Counted from the first letter of the stretch, positions 1 through 11,122 are shown. The stretch: 64,000 nt of DNA from Syntrophales bacterium (GCA_963662405.2 CAXXKT010000001.1:1792001-1856000); one strand, 5' to 3'. The notes: generated by a model from the sequence alone, not told the origin. Numbers and translations are program-made.

Positions 1-2
1 CC

Positions 3-3000
3 GGCGGAGACGTCGACCTGAACGGGCATGTCCTGACGCTGCATGGCTCCGGGCTGGTGAGCGAATCGGATGGCGCCACGGTCAAGGGGACGTCCGGTTA
101 CATCACCACCACACGGGATCTCGATGCGCCGGCCGGCGTCGATGTGGCGGGGATGGGGGCGGTCATTACGTCGTCGGCCGACCTGGGGGGCACGACGATC
201 CGGAGAGGACACGCTCCGCAGACGGGGGGTGGAAACAGCTCCATCCTCAGGTATTACGATATCACGCCCACCAATAATGCCGGTCTCGATGCGACATTGG
301 TTTTTCATTATGATACCTCGGAACTCAACGGTCTGACGGAGGGTAACTTTGCGCTCTTTCAGTCGACCGACGGCGGGACCACCTGGACCAACCGGGGGGG
401 GACCGTGGCGGCCGAGAGCAATACGGTGACAAGGACAGGCATTGCCGGTTTTTCGAGGTGGACACTCGGGGATGAGGACGATCCGCTTGACGCCCCCGAT
501 ATGGATGTTCGGGGGAAGGGGGTGTCCATCTCGGACGGCGATACCACGCCCGGCACGGCGGATGACACGGATTTCGGATCGACAGGCCTTGCCGGCAGCA
601 TCACCCATCCCTTCACCATTGCGAACATCGGTACGGATACCCTGACCCTCACCGATCCGTCTCCCTCCGTGTCGATCTCGGGGACCCATGCCGGGGACTT
701 CTCGGTGACCTCCATCCCTTCCACCAGTATTGCGGCAGGAGGCGGGACCACGACCTTTGCCGTCACCTTTACACCGGGCGCACTGGGGGTGCGCGAGGCG
801 ACCGTCGGCATCGCCAGCAACGATTTCGATGAGAACCCCTATGACTTTGCCATACAGGGGACCGGGATCGCCTTCCCTGTGGTGACGACCCAGGCAACAT
901 CGGATGTTGCCACGACAACGGCGACGGGGAACGGGACCATCGTGAACCTGGGATATCCGAATCCCACGCAGCATGGTGTCTGCTGGGGCACGTCGGCAGA
1001 TCCCACCACGGCGGATAGCAAGACAGAGAAAGGCGCGACCGGTTCAACCGGTGCGTTCACGAGCGGCATGACGGGCCTGAGCCCGAGCGCGACCTATCAC
1101 TGCCGCGCCTATGCGACCAATACCATGGGGACCGGGTACGGTGAGGATGTAACCTTCTCCACCCTGCCGGATCCACCGAGCACCCCGGACCTGCATATAG
1201 ACAGCGACACGGGGACCTCCGGTACCGACAACATCACCAACGACGCGACCCCCACCTTTGCCGGGACGGCAGAGGCCCATGCCACGGTGACGGTGATTTC
1301 CAGCATCGACGGGACCCTGGGCACCACGACGGCCGACGGTGCTGGGGACTGGAACTATATACCCGGTGCGGTTCTCACCGAGGGGACGCACAGCATGACA
1401 GCAACCGTCACCAACACCACGACGGGCAAGACCTCGGCTGCCTCCTCGGCCCTGTCGATCACCATCGACACCACGGCACCAACGGTCCCTCAGGAACCGA
1501 CGGGCGGCCTGGACGTATTCGAGAACGCGACGACCGGCACGAGTGCCGGCACGGTGACCAGTACCGATGCGGCGACCGTTACCTGGTCCCTCGATGCCGA
1601 CGGAGACGGCCGCTTCGGCATCAACGCCGGGGCCGGTGAGGTCACCGTCCAGGCGGGGGCGACCTTCGACACCGAGACCGAGCCTACAATAATCATCACC
1701 GTGCGCGCCACCGACACGGCGGGGAACGCTTCGACCGCCGCACTTACCGTTGACATCGGCAACGTCAACGAACCGCCGGTGATCGGCGGCGTATTCGGCG
1801 ACACCTCTTCCCAGGTAATAGCCGGATCCGGGGCCCAGAACGTTACAGGGCTCGACGACGCGACCGTGAGTGATGCCGACTCCGTCGATATGAACGGCGG
1901 CATCCTGACGATCACGCAGTCCGGCGGAACAACGAACGGCAGCTGGGGCGTCGACGGGACGATCGCCACCTCGGGGGGTGACGACACCGTGGCCACGGGT
2001 GAGACCATCGCCGTGGGGGGGATTGCGGTCGGCACGGTACACGCAACCGACAACGGCCAGGGGGGCAACTCCCTGCGCATCGGTTTTACGACAGCCGACG
2101 CCACCCCGGCCCGGATCCAGACCCTGCTGCGGACCCTGACCTATGCGGCGCCCACCGTTCTCGACACCCGCACCTTCACCCTGACCCTGAACGACAACGA
2201 CGGCACCGCCGACGGGGGTGACCAGGACACCGCCGGCGCCTTCACCATAACGATCACCTCCAACCCGCCGGTCGTCTCCAACCTGAACGGCGACGGCGTC
2301 ACGACGCGGATCACCATCTCCGTCAATATCGATGATGGAAGGGATGCAAGCGTAAGCGATCCGGACAACGTCGACTTCGATACCGGCAATCTGCTGATTA
2401 CGGCATCCGGTGTTGCCGGCAATTTCGAGGTGGACGGCACCGGTGTGACCTCCGGAGGAGATGCGACCATTGCCGCCGGTGAGACGGTCTCAGTAGGCGG
2501 CGCTGCCATCGGTATCGTCGGAAACGACGGCCAGGGGGGCAATGATCTGCGGATCGACTTCAACGGTAACGCCACCCCGTTGCTGGTACAGACCTTTATC
2601 CGAGACCTCATATGGACCAGCAGTAATCCGGGAACAGCCACCTTCGGTCTGACTGTTACCGATGCCGGGGCGAGCGGGGCGACGAGCACGGCCTGTTCCT
2701 TCACTGTCACGGCGATCGCTCCCGAGATGGATGTCCGGGGGAACGGGGTGTCCATACCGGATGGCGACACCACCCCCGACACGGCGGACGATACGGACTT
2801 CTCGTCAGGCCTTACCAGCGGCAGCATCACCCATACCTTCACCATTGCGAATACCGGCACAGATACCCTGACCCTCACCGGTCCGTCTCCCTTCGTATCG
2901 ATTGGCGGGACCCATGCGGCGGACTTCTCGGTGACCTCCGTACCGTCTGACAGTCTGGCGGGAGGGGGGGGGATCACGACCTTTGCCATCACCTTTACCC

Positions 3001-3968
3001 CCCCGAGTGTCGTGGGGGTGCGAGCGGCGACGGTCAGTATTGCCAACAACGATTCCGATGAGAATCCCTATGATTTTTCCATACAGGGGACCGTTCTGCC
3101 CGATGTCACTATCTCGGGGACGGTGACGGACGGAGTGAACCCCATTGAAGGTGCGACGATCACCTTCTCCCACAACGGGCACACGGAGCAGACCACCGCC
3201 GACGGGACCTACTCGTATGTTGTCTCCGCCGCGATCACGACGACCGTGACCCCCTCCCATCCGGGGTACGCCACGTGGGACCCGGCAAACCGAGAGATTT
3301 CCAACATCCTGGCCGACCAGCCCGGGCAGGACTTCACCGCCACCTCAGATTCGGACGGTGTTCCAACGACGGAGGAAAACGGTCCGGACGGGACCGATCC
3401 TGCCTATGACGGGAACAGCGACGGCATTCCCGATGGCAACCAGCCTCATGTGGCCTCATTCCATACGGCGGACGGAGAGAACTATGTCACCCTTGCCGCC
3501 CCGGACGGGACACTGCTCTCGGGTGTTCAGGCCCTCCCGGAGCCGGTTTACGGGATGTTTTCGAGTCGTATCTGTTTCCCCTACGGCCTGTTCCGGTTTA
3601 CCATCACCGGTGTGACGCTGGGGGGAGCGGCGGAGGTGCGGCTTTTCCTCTCCGGTGAGACGACGATGGAGTCATACTGGCGATACGGTCCGGAGCCGGG
3701 CAATGTCTCGCCGCATGCCTATGAGTTCATGCTGTCAGGGGAGACGGGTGCCGAGATTGCAGGGAACGTGGTAACCCTGCACTTCATCGACGGCCAGCGG
3801 GGGGACGATGATCTTGACGGCGGAAACGGGGTGATCGTCGACGACGGCGGCCCCACCGCTCCCGCTCCGGTAATTCCCGTTCTCACAAAGAGTGGAATAG
3901 TCGTCTTTGTGATTCTCCTGTCCGTCTGTGCCTGCCTGCTGATGCGGGCACAGAAACGGTCGGTGTAG
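3..3968 (+). CDS. Large multi-domain surface/adhesin protein, 5'-truncated (choice-of-anchor D x2, FN3-like, bacterial Ig-like, cadherin-like, choice-of-anchor U, IPTL-CTERM-like anchor)
   Basis: Frame is open from position 3 ([13 protein letters not shown]...), so the true start is off-window. T/G/D-rich beta repeats; 'NDxDENPYDFxIQG' twice; '[16 protein letters not shown]'; '[10 protein letters not shown]...DGQRGDDDL'; C-terminus IPVL + TM + RAQKR. Confidence 0.85.
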   Translation, partial: GGDVDLNGHVLTLHGSGLVSESDGATVKGTSGYITTTRDLDAPAGVDVAGMGAVITSSADLGGTTIRRGHAPQTGGGNSSILRYYDITPTNNAGLDATLVFHYDTSELNGLTEGNFALFQSTDGGTTWTNRGGTVAAESNTVTRTGIAGFSRWTLGDEDDPLDAPDMDVRGKGVSISDGDTTPGTADDTDFGSTGLAGSITHPFTIANIGTDTLTLTDPSPSVSISGTHAGDFSVTSIPSTSIAAGGGTTTFAVTFTPGALGVREATVGIASNDFDENPYDFAIQGTGIAFPVVTTQATSDVATTTATGNGTIVNLGYPNPTQHGVCWGTSADPTTADSKTEKGATGSTGAFTSGMTGLSPSATYHCRAYATNTMGTGYGEDVTFSTLPDPPSTPDLHIDSDTGTSGTDNITNDATPTFAGTAEAHATVTVISSIDGTLGTTTADGAGDWNYIPGAVLTEGTHSMTATVTNTTTGKTSAASSALSITIDTTAPTVPQEPTGGLDVFENATTGTSAGTVTSTDAATVTWSLDADGDGRFGINAGAGEVTVQAGATFDTETEPTIIITVRATDTAGNASTAALTVDIGNVNEPPVIGGVFGDTSSQVIAGSGAQNVTGLDDATVSDADSVDMNGGILTITQSGGTTNGSWGVDGTIATSGGDDTVATGETIAVGGIAVGTVHATDNGQGGNSLRIGFTTADATPARIQTLLRTLTYAAPTVLDTRTFTLTLNDNDGTADGGDQDTAGAFTITITSNPPVVSNLNGDGVTTRITISVNIDDGRDASVSDPDNVDFDTGNLLITASGVAGNFEVDGTGVTSGGDATIAAGETVSVGGAAIGIVGNDGQGGNDLRIDFNGNATPLLVQTFIRDLIWTSSNPGTATFGLTVTDAGASGATSTACSFTVTAIAPEMDVRGNGVSIPDGDTTPDTADDTDFSSGLTSGSITHTFTIANTGTDTLTLTGPSPFVSIGGTHAADFSVTSVPSDSLAGGGGITTFAITFTPPSVVGVRAATVSIANNDSDENPYDFSIQGTVLPDVTISGTVTDGVNPIEGATITFSHNGHTEQTTADGTYSYVVSAAITTTVTPSHPGYATWDPANREISNILADQPGQDFTATSDSDGVPTTEENGPDGTDPAYDGNSDGIPDGNQPHVASFHTADGENYVTLAAPDGTLLSGVQALPEPVYGMFSSRICFPYGLFRFTITGVTLGGAAEVRLFLSGETTMESYWRYGPEPGNVSPHAYEFMLSGETGAEIAGNVVTLHFIDGQRGDDDLDGGNGVIVDDGGPTAPAPVIPVLTKSGIVVFVILLSVCACLLMRAQKRSV
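495..3092 (+). repeat. Intragenic domain duplication, copies at about 495-863 and 2721-3092
   Basis: Near-identical DNA and protein: [19 protein letters not shown]...[12 protein letters not shown] versus [19 protein letters not shown]...[12 protein letters not shown]. Confidence 0.9.
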
Positions 3969-4013
3969 AGGCAGATTGTGGTAATAATGGTCGTACCAGA
4001 TGATAGAGACAGA

Positions 4014-4044
4014 AACGGCGCAGCCTTTTTGGGGCTGCGCCGTT
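4014..4044. terminator. Probable terminator hairpin between convergent genes
   Basis: AACGGCGCAGCC - 7 nt loop - GGCTGCGCCGTT, a perfect 12-bp stem between stops at 3968 (+) and 4088 (-). Confidence 0.7.
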
Positions 4045-4087
4045 CGGTGTTTATCGACGAGATATCATGAAATATCGTACGTTATTG

Positions 4088-4795
4088 CTACTTATGTAAC
4101 TTTCTTCTGCTCAAACCCGCGAGACCGGCCAGACCGAATCCCAGGAGGAGCATCGTCCCCGGTTCGGGTACGGGCTCTCCCCCTGTGGGTGTGTAATCGT
4201 AGGCAACCACTACGCTTCCCGAATAGGTGCTCGGGTCGTATTGTACGGAGACCTCATCACCATCAAAGGAAATATCCGGATCGTTCGAAACATGGAACGT
4301 ATAAGTGCCGGTGCCGATGTAATAGGATATGAGAGAGCTGTCAACCGTTCCGATGGTGGAATCGATAAATTGCTCACCGCCGAAGCTCGTCGATGCGCCG
4401 TCGGCAAGTCCGTAGGTGTAGCTCTCGGAACCCGTTAATTCATCACCCTGCGATCCGATGTAGGTGTTAGAGGGGAAACCAACTGCGGAAATAAGATACG
4501 GTGTGCCGGATGAGGTCAACTCTGAGGTCATTGTGTATGTCGCCGTCCCCGAGGCATAGGCACCGGTGTTGTTGGTCAAGTCAAAGCCCCCGGTAGTCAC
4601 GTCCATGGAAAAGGTGACGGTTATGCTGTTCAGTGTCCCGAGCGACGAATCAAAATAGTTAAACGTCAAGTCTTCGTTGGCGCTGCTGAAGGTGTCGCTG
4701 GTCTCCAGTATCGTCGCCATCCCCGATGGGACCCACAGGAAGGTTACCATCCCGGCCACCATCAACATACACGCCAAACGTTTTAATGTCTTCAT
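4088..4795 (-). CDS. PEP-CTERM sorting-domain protein (choice-of-anchor E-like)
   Basis: Signal peptide MKTLKRL..., 'FDSSLGTLNSITVTF', C-terminal VPEPGTMLLLGFGLAGLAGLSRRK. ATG 4795 preferred (GAGGT RBS upstream). Confidence 0.9.
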   Translation of the reverse strand: MKTLKRLACMLMVAGMVTFLWVPSGMATILETSDTFSSANEDLTFNYFDSSLGTLNSITVTFSMDVTTGGFDLTNNTGAYASGTATYTMTSELTSSGTPYLISAVGFPSNTYIGSQGDELTGSESYTYGLADGASTSFGGEQFIDSTIGTVDSSLISYYIGTGTYTFHVSNDPDISFDGDEVSVQYDPSTYSGSVVVAYDYTPTGGEPVPEPGTMLLLGFGLAGLAGLSRRKLHK

Positions 4796-4904
4796 GATAA
4801 ACCTCGCTTTGCTTTGCAACAAACTGCGTAAATTTCACTTCTCATTTTAAAAGAAGTCTAATGATTCTCACCAAATCAGTCAATACGAAAGGGAGCTTAA
4901 TATG

Positions 4905-4974
4905 TACGTATTTTTTAGGTAATTTCACCTACGCAAAAAGTAGTAAAAAAAACACCTCTAGTACTTTTTGCGTA
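4905..4974. promoter_or_regulatory. Cluster of 16-bp TA...TA quasi-palindromic boxes upstream of the PEP-CTERM gene; candidate operator
   Basis: TAGGTAATTTCACCTA (4916-4931), TACGCAAAAAGTAGTA (4930-4945), TAGTACTTTTTGCGTA (4959-4974). 4930-4942 and 4962-4974 form a perfect 13-bp inverted repeat. Confidence 0.5.
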
Positions 4975-5016
4975 TTCGCTTTCCCCGTCTCCTCTTTTTC
5001 GATTCCGGCTCTTGTT

Positions 5017-5349
5017 CTACATTTCTGCGGGCGTAATCCGGTATTTCTTATCGAAACAGATCGCCATGCCCTGCTTCCCCGTCCGGATCACCGCCCCCTT
5101 CACCCTGATCTTCGCCTTTTTCCCCTTGACCTTCTTCAGCTCGTCGAGGGGGAGTACCAGATCCACCTGCATCTGGGTCCCCACGGGGAGCGGCGTATCG
5201 GTATAGAAAAAGGCGCCGCCCGCGGAGATATCGCTGGTGATCGCATCCAGTGAGCCGTTCTCAGCCCCGTTCCCGTTGTCGTTGACAACAATACGGGCGG
5301 GGAGCTTGAGAGAAAACCGTTCCAGCTTTCTTTTTCCGAATTCAGGCAT
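5017..5349 (-). CDS. Single-domain PilZ protein (c-di-GMP receptor)
   Basis: RKLER (RxxxR) and DISAGG (DxSxxG) motifs; ATG 5349 preferred over TTG 5430. Confidence 0.85.
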   Translation of the reverse strand: MPEFGKRKLERFSLKLPARIVVNDNGNGAENGSLDAITSDISAGGAFFYTDTPLPVGTQMQVDLVLPLDELKKVKGKKAKIRVKGAVIRTGKQGMAICFDKKYRITPAEM

Positions 5350-5570
5350 CTGTATGCATCCCTTAAGTGGAAGACCGGGCTTGTGATTTCTCGGCGGCAT
5401 ATCCCGTTTGCCTTGGTTGCACTGTAGCAAGTCGATTCCGTCAATTCAATACGAAAAGGGTCTGATTTTTATCTCATCATTCCGGTGTCAACAGGTACGA
5501 CAAAGGGGCTATGCCGATCTGTTTCGTTATTGATGAAGGTTTTGCCGGGACCTGGTGAAGGTCTGATGGG

Positions 5571-6308
5571 TTACAGATACTTCGCCACCCACAACATCGC
5601 TTGGAGGCGATTGGTGGTGTTGATCTTCTTGTAGATGTTGTAGATATGGGTTCTGACCGTATGGGGGCTGATAGAGAGATCGCTCGCTATGTCCTCATTG
5701 CTGGCGCCGGACGCGATCCCGACGAGGATCTCCTTTTCCCGTGAGGTCAGGATGTCGGCGGCCGCAAGGGAGGCTGCGCTCCCCTTTCCGGGTTCCATGA
5801 TCCGCTTGGAGAGTGCCTTTCTCGAATACCACATCTCGCCGTCCAGCATGGCCTTGACACCCCGGGGAAACATCTCCAGTGAGTCGCCCTGGTAAAAAAT
5901 CCCATGAATGTCCCGGTCCATGATTTCCCGTTCTTTCCCCGTCTTTCCGTCAAGGTTGAAGAGGGCGATACAGGTGGTGGTCGGATGGATGGTCGGATTC
6001 CGCTCAATCATCGCCCAGAGGTGCCCCAGGTCGGTCCCCCGGCAGTCAAAGAGGAAGAGTGATTGGGAGAGTGAATCGACCGTGGCGGTCTCCCCGTTGG
6101 GATCGGTCGTGAAGGTGCACACAAGACCCGTTTCCTGTTCGAGAAAGCGTGCCAGGAGTTCGTTCTGCAGCGTATTGGGGCCAACAATGATGACCCGCGG
6201 TCCTGCCGTGTCCTGTTTGTTTAAGGCCTTCCTGTTCAAGTTTTCGATTACCATCCACTGCGGCGCGACCGATCGGATACGCTCCCGGTCGGTAGAGTAT
6301 CCCCACAT
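5571..6308 (-). CDS. LuxR-family regulator with atypical receiver domain (CsgD/VpsT-like)
   Basis: C-terminal HTH 'LTSREKEIL...GASNEDIA..L.IS.HTVRTHIYNIYKKI...NRLQA'; 'GEMWYSRK'; start uncertain (6308 or 6254). Confidence 0.85.
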   Translation of the reverse strand: MWGYSTDRERIRSVAPQWMVIENLNRKALNKQDTAGPRVIIVGPNTLQNELLARFLEQETGLVCTFTTDPNGETATVDSLSQSLFLFDCRGTDLGHLWAMIERNPTIHPTTTCIALFNLDGKTGKEREIMDRDIHGIFYQGDSLEMFPRGVKAMLDGEMWYSRKALSKRIMEPGKGSAASLAAADILTSREKEILVGIASGASNEDIASDLSISPHTVRTHIYNIYKKINTTNRLQAMLWVAKYL

Positions 6309-6479
6309 TTTCCCTTGCGCATCCTTTTATATTCACGGAGAAAATACGAATATCACCATGCCCGCCGTATGTCAAATGCAGATTGCACCGTGGGATGCCG
6401 ATCTCACCCAATTCACCTCCGGAGCGAAGATAAAGATGATTTCCCATTGGTTCGTTTCGTCCTAGTTTCCCGAAATCCA

Positions 6480-6507
6480 TTGACAATTATTAAGACATGT
6501 GTAGTAT
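6480..6507 (+). promoter_or_regulatory. Sigma70-like promoter
   Basis: TTGACA (6480-6485), 16 bp spacer, TAGTAT (6502-6507). Confidence 0.55.
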
Positions 6508-6755
6508 CAAGCAGTCCGCGTTTGAGCGGGAACGATGATCGCCCTTTGGAGGGAGACTCGGGAAAACGATCCGGTCGACGGGGAGGGACTCAACCGGACC
6601 TGCGACGATTGCGGAAGACCGATGAAGATCTGCAGTATCCGGACGATTATGGAAAAATCCTTTCCGCCGGGATGGATAACGGTGGTCCTGATCAACCGGG
6701 ACCAGGGGCTGTGACGTACCTGTGATACCCCGGGGGAGAATCGAGGTGCTGTGTC

Positions 6756-8051
6756 ATGGAGCGTGACAACCGGAAGTCGATTATCAGCTGGGCCTTGTAC
6801 GACTGGGGGAACTCGGCCTTTGCCACGACGGTGATGGCTGCCTTTTTCCCCATCTTCTTCAAGCAGTTCTGGAGCGCTGGGGTCGATCCCGTCGTGAGCA
6901 CGGCAAAGCTCGGCATGGCGAATTCGATTGCCGGGATGGTGGTGGCGCTCTGCGCCCCCGTCCTGGGGGCCATCGCCGACCGGGGCGGGGCGAAAAAAAG
7001 GTTCCTTTTCTTTTTCGCTTTTATGGGCGTGGTGATGACGGCCTCTCTCTTTATGGTCTCGCAAGGAAACTGGATTACGGCCATCGCCGTCTATGTCCTG
7101 GCGACGATAGGTTTCTCGGGGGGGAATATCTTCTACGATTCACTTCTCCCGGAGATCGCGTCGGATAAGAAGATGGACTTCGTCTCCGCACTGGGTTTCT
7201 CGCTGGGGTATCTCGGGGGCGGTCTTCTCTTCGCCCTCAATGTGACGATGACCCTCAAGCCGGCCCTGTTCGGACTCGCCGACGCGGGGGAGGCCGTGCG
7301 TATCTCATTCCTTACCGTTGCCGCCTGGTGGGCACTCTTCTCGATCCCCGTCTTTCTCTTCGTCAAAGAACCGATCGGAGAGGAGGGTATCGCGGCGGGG
7401 GCCGCCGTCACGGCGGGGCTTCGCCAGCTCCGACGGACATTCGCTGAGATCCGGCACCTGCGGGTGATCTTCCTCTTTCTCATCGCCTACTGGCTCTATA
7501 TCGACGGCGTCGATACGATCATCCGGATGGCCCTCGATTACGGGATGTCGATCGGGTTCGACTCCAACGACCTGATCCTGGCACTCCTCATCACCCAGTT
7601 CGTGGGGTTCCCGTCGGCGATCGCCTTCGGATACATGGGGGGGAAAATCGGGACCAAACGTTCCATCTACATCGCCATCGCAGTCTACCTCTGCGTCACG
7701 ATCTATGCCTCCTTCATCACCCGTGCCTTCGAATTCTACGTCCTCGCCATTGTCATCGGGCTGGTCCAGGGGGGAATCCAGGCCCTGAGCCGGTCCCTGT
7801 ACGCCCGGATGATACCGGTCGAAAAGTCGGGTGAATTTTTCGGGTTCTACAACCTCATCGGCAAGTTTTCCGTGGTGGCGGGGCCGATCTTCATCGGTGT
7901 CACGGCCCTCCTGGTCAGGGCGATGGGGTATTCGAGCGACGTCGCCTCCCGCGTGAGTATCACCTCGATCGCGATCCTCTTCGTGGCGGGGGGTATCTTG
8001 CTGTATTTTGTCGATGAGGAGACCGGCAAGAAAGAGGCACGCTATCTCTGA
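6756..8051 (+). CDS. MFS transporter (UMF1/Atg22-like)
   Basis: 'SWALYDWGNSAF', 'PVLGAIADRGG', about 12 hydrophobic segments. Confidence 0.9.
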   Translation: MERDNRKSIISWALYDWGNSAFATTVMAAFFPIFFKQFWSAGVDPVVSTAKLGMANSIAGMVVALCAPVLGAIADRGGAKKRFLFFFAFMGVVMTASLFMVSQGNWITAIAVYVLATIGFSGGNIFYDSLLPEIASDKKMDFVSALGFSLGYLGGGLLFALNVTMTLKPALFGLADAGEAVRISFLTVAAWWALFSIPVFLFVKEPIGEEGIAAGAAVTAGLRQLRRTFAEIRHLRVIFLFLIAYWLYIDGVDTIIRMALDYGMSIGFDSNDLILALLITQFVGFPSAIAFGYMGGKIGTKRSIYIAIAVYLCVTIYASFITRAFEFYVLAIVIGLVQGGIQALSRSLYARMIPVEKSGEFFGFYNLIGKFSVVAGPIFIGVTALLVRAMGYSSDVASRVSITSIAILFVAGGILLYFVDEETGKKEARYL

Positions 8052-8084
8052 TGAAGGTCCGGCGGGGACACCGGTGAGGGAACG

Positions 8085-8477
8085 ATGACGGATTCAGTCC
8101 TTCTGCAGAAGGTCAGGCGTGAGCCCTACGCCGCCTCTCTCGGGATCCGGGTCGATGCCGTCGAGGAGGGGTATGCCTCCTGCTCGGTAACCGTCACGGG
8201 GGAGATGCTCAACTTCCTCGGGGTCGTTCACGGAGGGCTCATCTTCAGCCTGGCCGATGTGGCCTTCAGCGCCGCCTCGAACAGCGACCATTTCCCCTCG
8301 TACGCCCTCGACGTAAGCGGCTCATTCCTCCGGGCACCCCAGGTCGGTGACGTCCTTACCGCCGAGGCCCGGCGGGAGCACGGCACGAAACGGACGGGTG
8401 TGTACCGGATCGAGGTCACCGGCGGTGATGAGCTGATCGCGACCTTCAACGGGACGGTGTTCAGGAAACGGTTTTGA
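8085..8477 (+). CDS. PaaI-family hotdog thioesterase
   Basis: 'MLNFLGVVHGGLIFSLADVAF'. Confidence 0.9.
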   Translation: MTDSVLLQKVRREPYAASLGIRVDAVEEGYASCSVTVTGEMLNFLGVVHGGLIFSLADVAFSAASNSDHFPSYALDVSGSFLRAPQVGDVLTAEARREHGTKRTGVYRIEVTGGDELIATFNGTVFRKRF

Positions 8478-8588
8478 TGCGGACGTTGTAATCGGACGCC
8501 CGGTGGTTTGTCTTGTACGTCCTCAATGGATCATGATTGCAGGCCTGCGCCACCGGCCATCGAAAACAATTCAAGGGGGGAGAAAGAG

Positions 8589-10349
8589 ATGAAGCGGAGA
8601 AACGGGAGGGTGAAGGGGTGGAGGGTATCGCTCGTCGCAATGATCGTTGCCGGATTTGTCCTGTGGGCTGTGAACGGCTTGTGGGATGGGGCCGTGGCCG
8701 TGGCGGAAGATTCGATGAGGCTGGAGAGGAATACCGCCTAGGGAATCGTGATCGGAACGGAGGACAAGGTTACCAACACGCTTTCATGGAAGGGGATTCC
8801 CTACGCGAAGGCGCCCGTCGGGGATCTCCGCTGGAAGGAACCGCGGGATCCTGAGATGCGGCCGGAGCCCTTCACGGCATCGGTTTTCTGTGAGATCTGT
8901 CCCCAGTACACCGATCATGACGCAGATCGGACGACGCCGCAGGTCATTCTGGGCAATGAGGATTGTCTTTCCCTGAACATCTGGCGTCCCAAGTCTCGTG
9001 AGGACAAGCTTCCCGTTTTCTTCTGGATCCATGGCGGGGGAAACAGCATTCAGTGGCCCCGCCTCTCATGGCTTGACGGGAGCGTCCTAGCAAACCGGTC
9101 CAACCTGGTTGTCGTGTCGGCTAATTACCGTCTCGGTCCCATGGGATGGTTCAGTCACCCGGCCCTTCGGAGCGGGAAGGAAGGGGACGAACGGACCGAT
9201 TCCGGGAATTTCGGCACCCTGGACCTGATCAAGGCCCTGTCGTGGGTCCGGGACAATATCGAGGCCTTCGGGGGCGATCCGGCGAAGGTGACCATTGCCG
9301 GGGAATCGGCGGGAGGACAGAACGTGATAATGCTCATCGCCTCCCCCCTGGCGCGCGGTCTCTTTCACCGGGCCATTTCCCAGAGCGGTGTGGTCAGGGC
9401 AAAGACCCCCGCGCAGGGAGAGGAACACGTCAATACCGTCATCAAAAAACTCCTGGTCAGAGATGGTTCCGCCCCGGATGAAGAGGAGGCCGCGGCCAGA
9501 CTGAAGAGAATGTCCTCCGAAAAGATTGCCCGGTACCTCAGATCGAAGAGCGCCGGGGAACTGCTGGAGCTGTACCCGGAGGGCCCCTCACGGGGGATGA
9601 TCGATTTCCCCAACTGGTTCGCCGACGGTACGGTCGAACCGGTTGGTTTCTACGCCGCCGTGAAGACGGGAAATTACAACAAAGTGCCCGTGATTCTGGG
9701 AACCAACAAGGAGGAGGTGAAGCTGTTCCTGTTGGCCGATCCCGTTTTTGCGCCGGAGGTGGCAAGTGGTTCGATCTTCATGGACCTCGCCCGGGGAGAA
9801 CTTTATGACCTGGTCGCCCGGTATCGGACGGAGGGTTGGAAGATCATGGCGGTGGACGGCCTGGCGCGTATCATGCGATCCCACGCCGATCAGCCTCCCC
9901 TTTACACCTATGAATTTCTGTGGGGTGCGGGAGGTATGGAGAAGAGCGTCATACCCTTTCCCTACGGCATGTTGATGGGTTCATGCCATGCCATGGAATT
10001 GGATTTTATCTTCGGTACGGAAGCCGCGTCACTCGGCGGGTTTGCCTTCGACAGGCAGAACCGGCCGGGGAGGATCGCCCTGTCAAATGCCATGATGACC
10101 TACTGGGCCCAGTTTGCCCGAACCGGAAATCCGAATGAGGATGGGTCTTTCCTCCCCGCGTGGAAACCCTGGTCCAATGAGCCGGGGGCACCGAAGGGTA
10201 TCCTGCTTGATGCGGGGTTCACCGATCTCAAGATAGCGATGTCCGATCGGGAGCTGACCGCGGAGATCTCAAAGAAGGCACTCGCGGCGGAGCCGAGGGC
10301 GGCGGAACTGGAACAGCTGGTCGGGATGCCTCCGGTAAAAAAAGATTAA
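8589..10349 (+). pseudogene. Type-B carboxylesterase with signal peptide, interrupted by one in-frame TAG (8739-8741)
   Basis: ATG 8589 signal-peptide ORF is in frame with 8748-10349: ...ERNTA*GIVIG...GIPYAKAPVGDLRW; EDCLSLNIW; GESAGG catalytic motif intact. Confidence 0.75.
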
Positions 10350-10475
10350 TGCCAAGATAAATAAGCTTTTTTATGGAAGGAACAGTTGATTTGCAAAAGG
10401 CCGCCCCGGCTGCTTTCATCTATTCGCAGACGGTACGGAGCGGCCGATTGGTTAAAATGACTGGCGTGGTTGCTG

Positions 10476-10949
10476 CTATTGATCCTTCGGCAGCGGTATG
10501 ATGAAGACCGGTTTGTGGGCGCGTCTCAGGACCCGCTCGGCGACGCTTCCCAGGAAGGTATAGCTCAACAGTCCCTTCCCGTGGGTCCCCATGATGATCA
10601 CGTCGCAGTCCTGGTCATCCGCGATTCTGAGGATCACTTCGGCGGGATACCCGCGCCTGACCTCGACCGCCGTAATCCTCTTTATGTATTCCGGCCGCTC
10701 CCGGAGTTCCTCCCTGCAGAAATCATCGAGGCGCCTGCTCAGCTGTTCTATGGTTCCCTCATTGATGTCACCAACATCCCAGTCGAGCATGCCGTAAGCC
10801 CGCATGGCCTGAGGGATATTCTCGATGACGTGGAGGACGATCATCTCCGCATCATGCTTTTCCATGGTGTTGACGGCATAGCGAAAGGCATACATCGAAT
10901 TTTCTGAAAGATCTGTTGCATAAAGAACCCTCTTGATCTTCGGTATCAT
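10476..10949 (-). CDS. Universal stress protein
   Basis: 'VLYATDLSE', 'IIMGTHG...LGSVAERVLR'. Confidence 0.92.
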   Translation of the reverse strand: MIPKIKRVLYATDLSENSMYAFRYAVNTMEKHDAEMIVLHVIENIPQAMRAYGMLDWDVGDINEGTIEQLSRRLDDFCREELRERPEYIKRITAVEVRRGYPAEVILRIADDQDCDVIIMGTHGKGLLSYTFLGSVAERVLRRAHKPVFIIPLPKDQ

Positions 10950-11122
10950 GATGCGTTCCTCCCATACGGCATTTTCACCATCTTACCCTATCTTATCGCA
11001 TGATTCGATGCATGAAAGCAACAAGAACCGTGTCCCATGAGATTATCCGGTGACTCCGGTGATGATGTTGGCTTTTGGATGGTGTCGATATACGGAGCGC
11101 TGGGATCATGAGAGCTGATGAA

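Noticed and set aside
8739..8741. Genome-wide TAG recoding
   Set aside because: Many genes here end at TAG at their expected C-termini (e.g. 3968, 16720, 24935, 28319, 61945).
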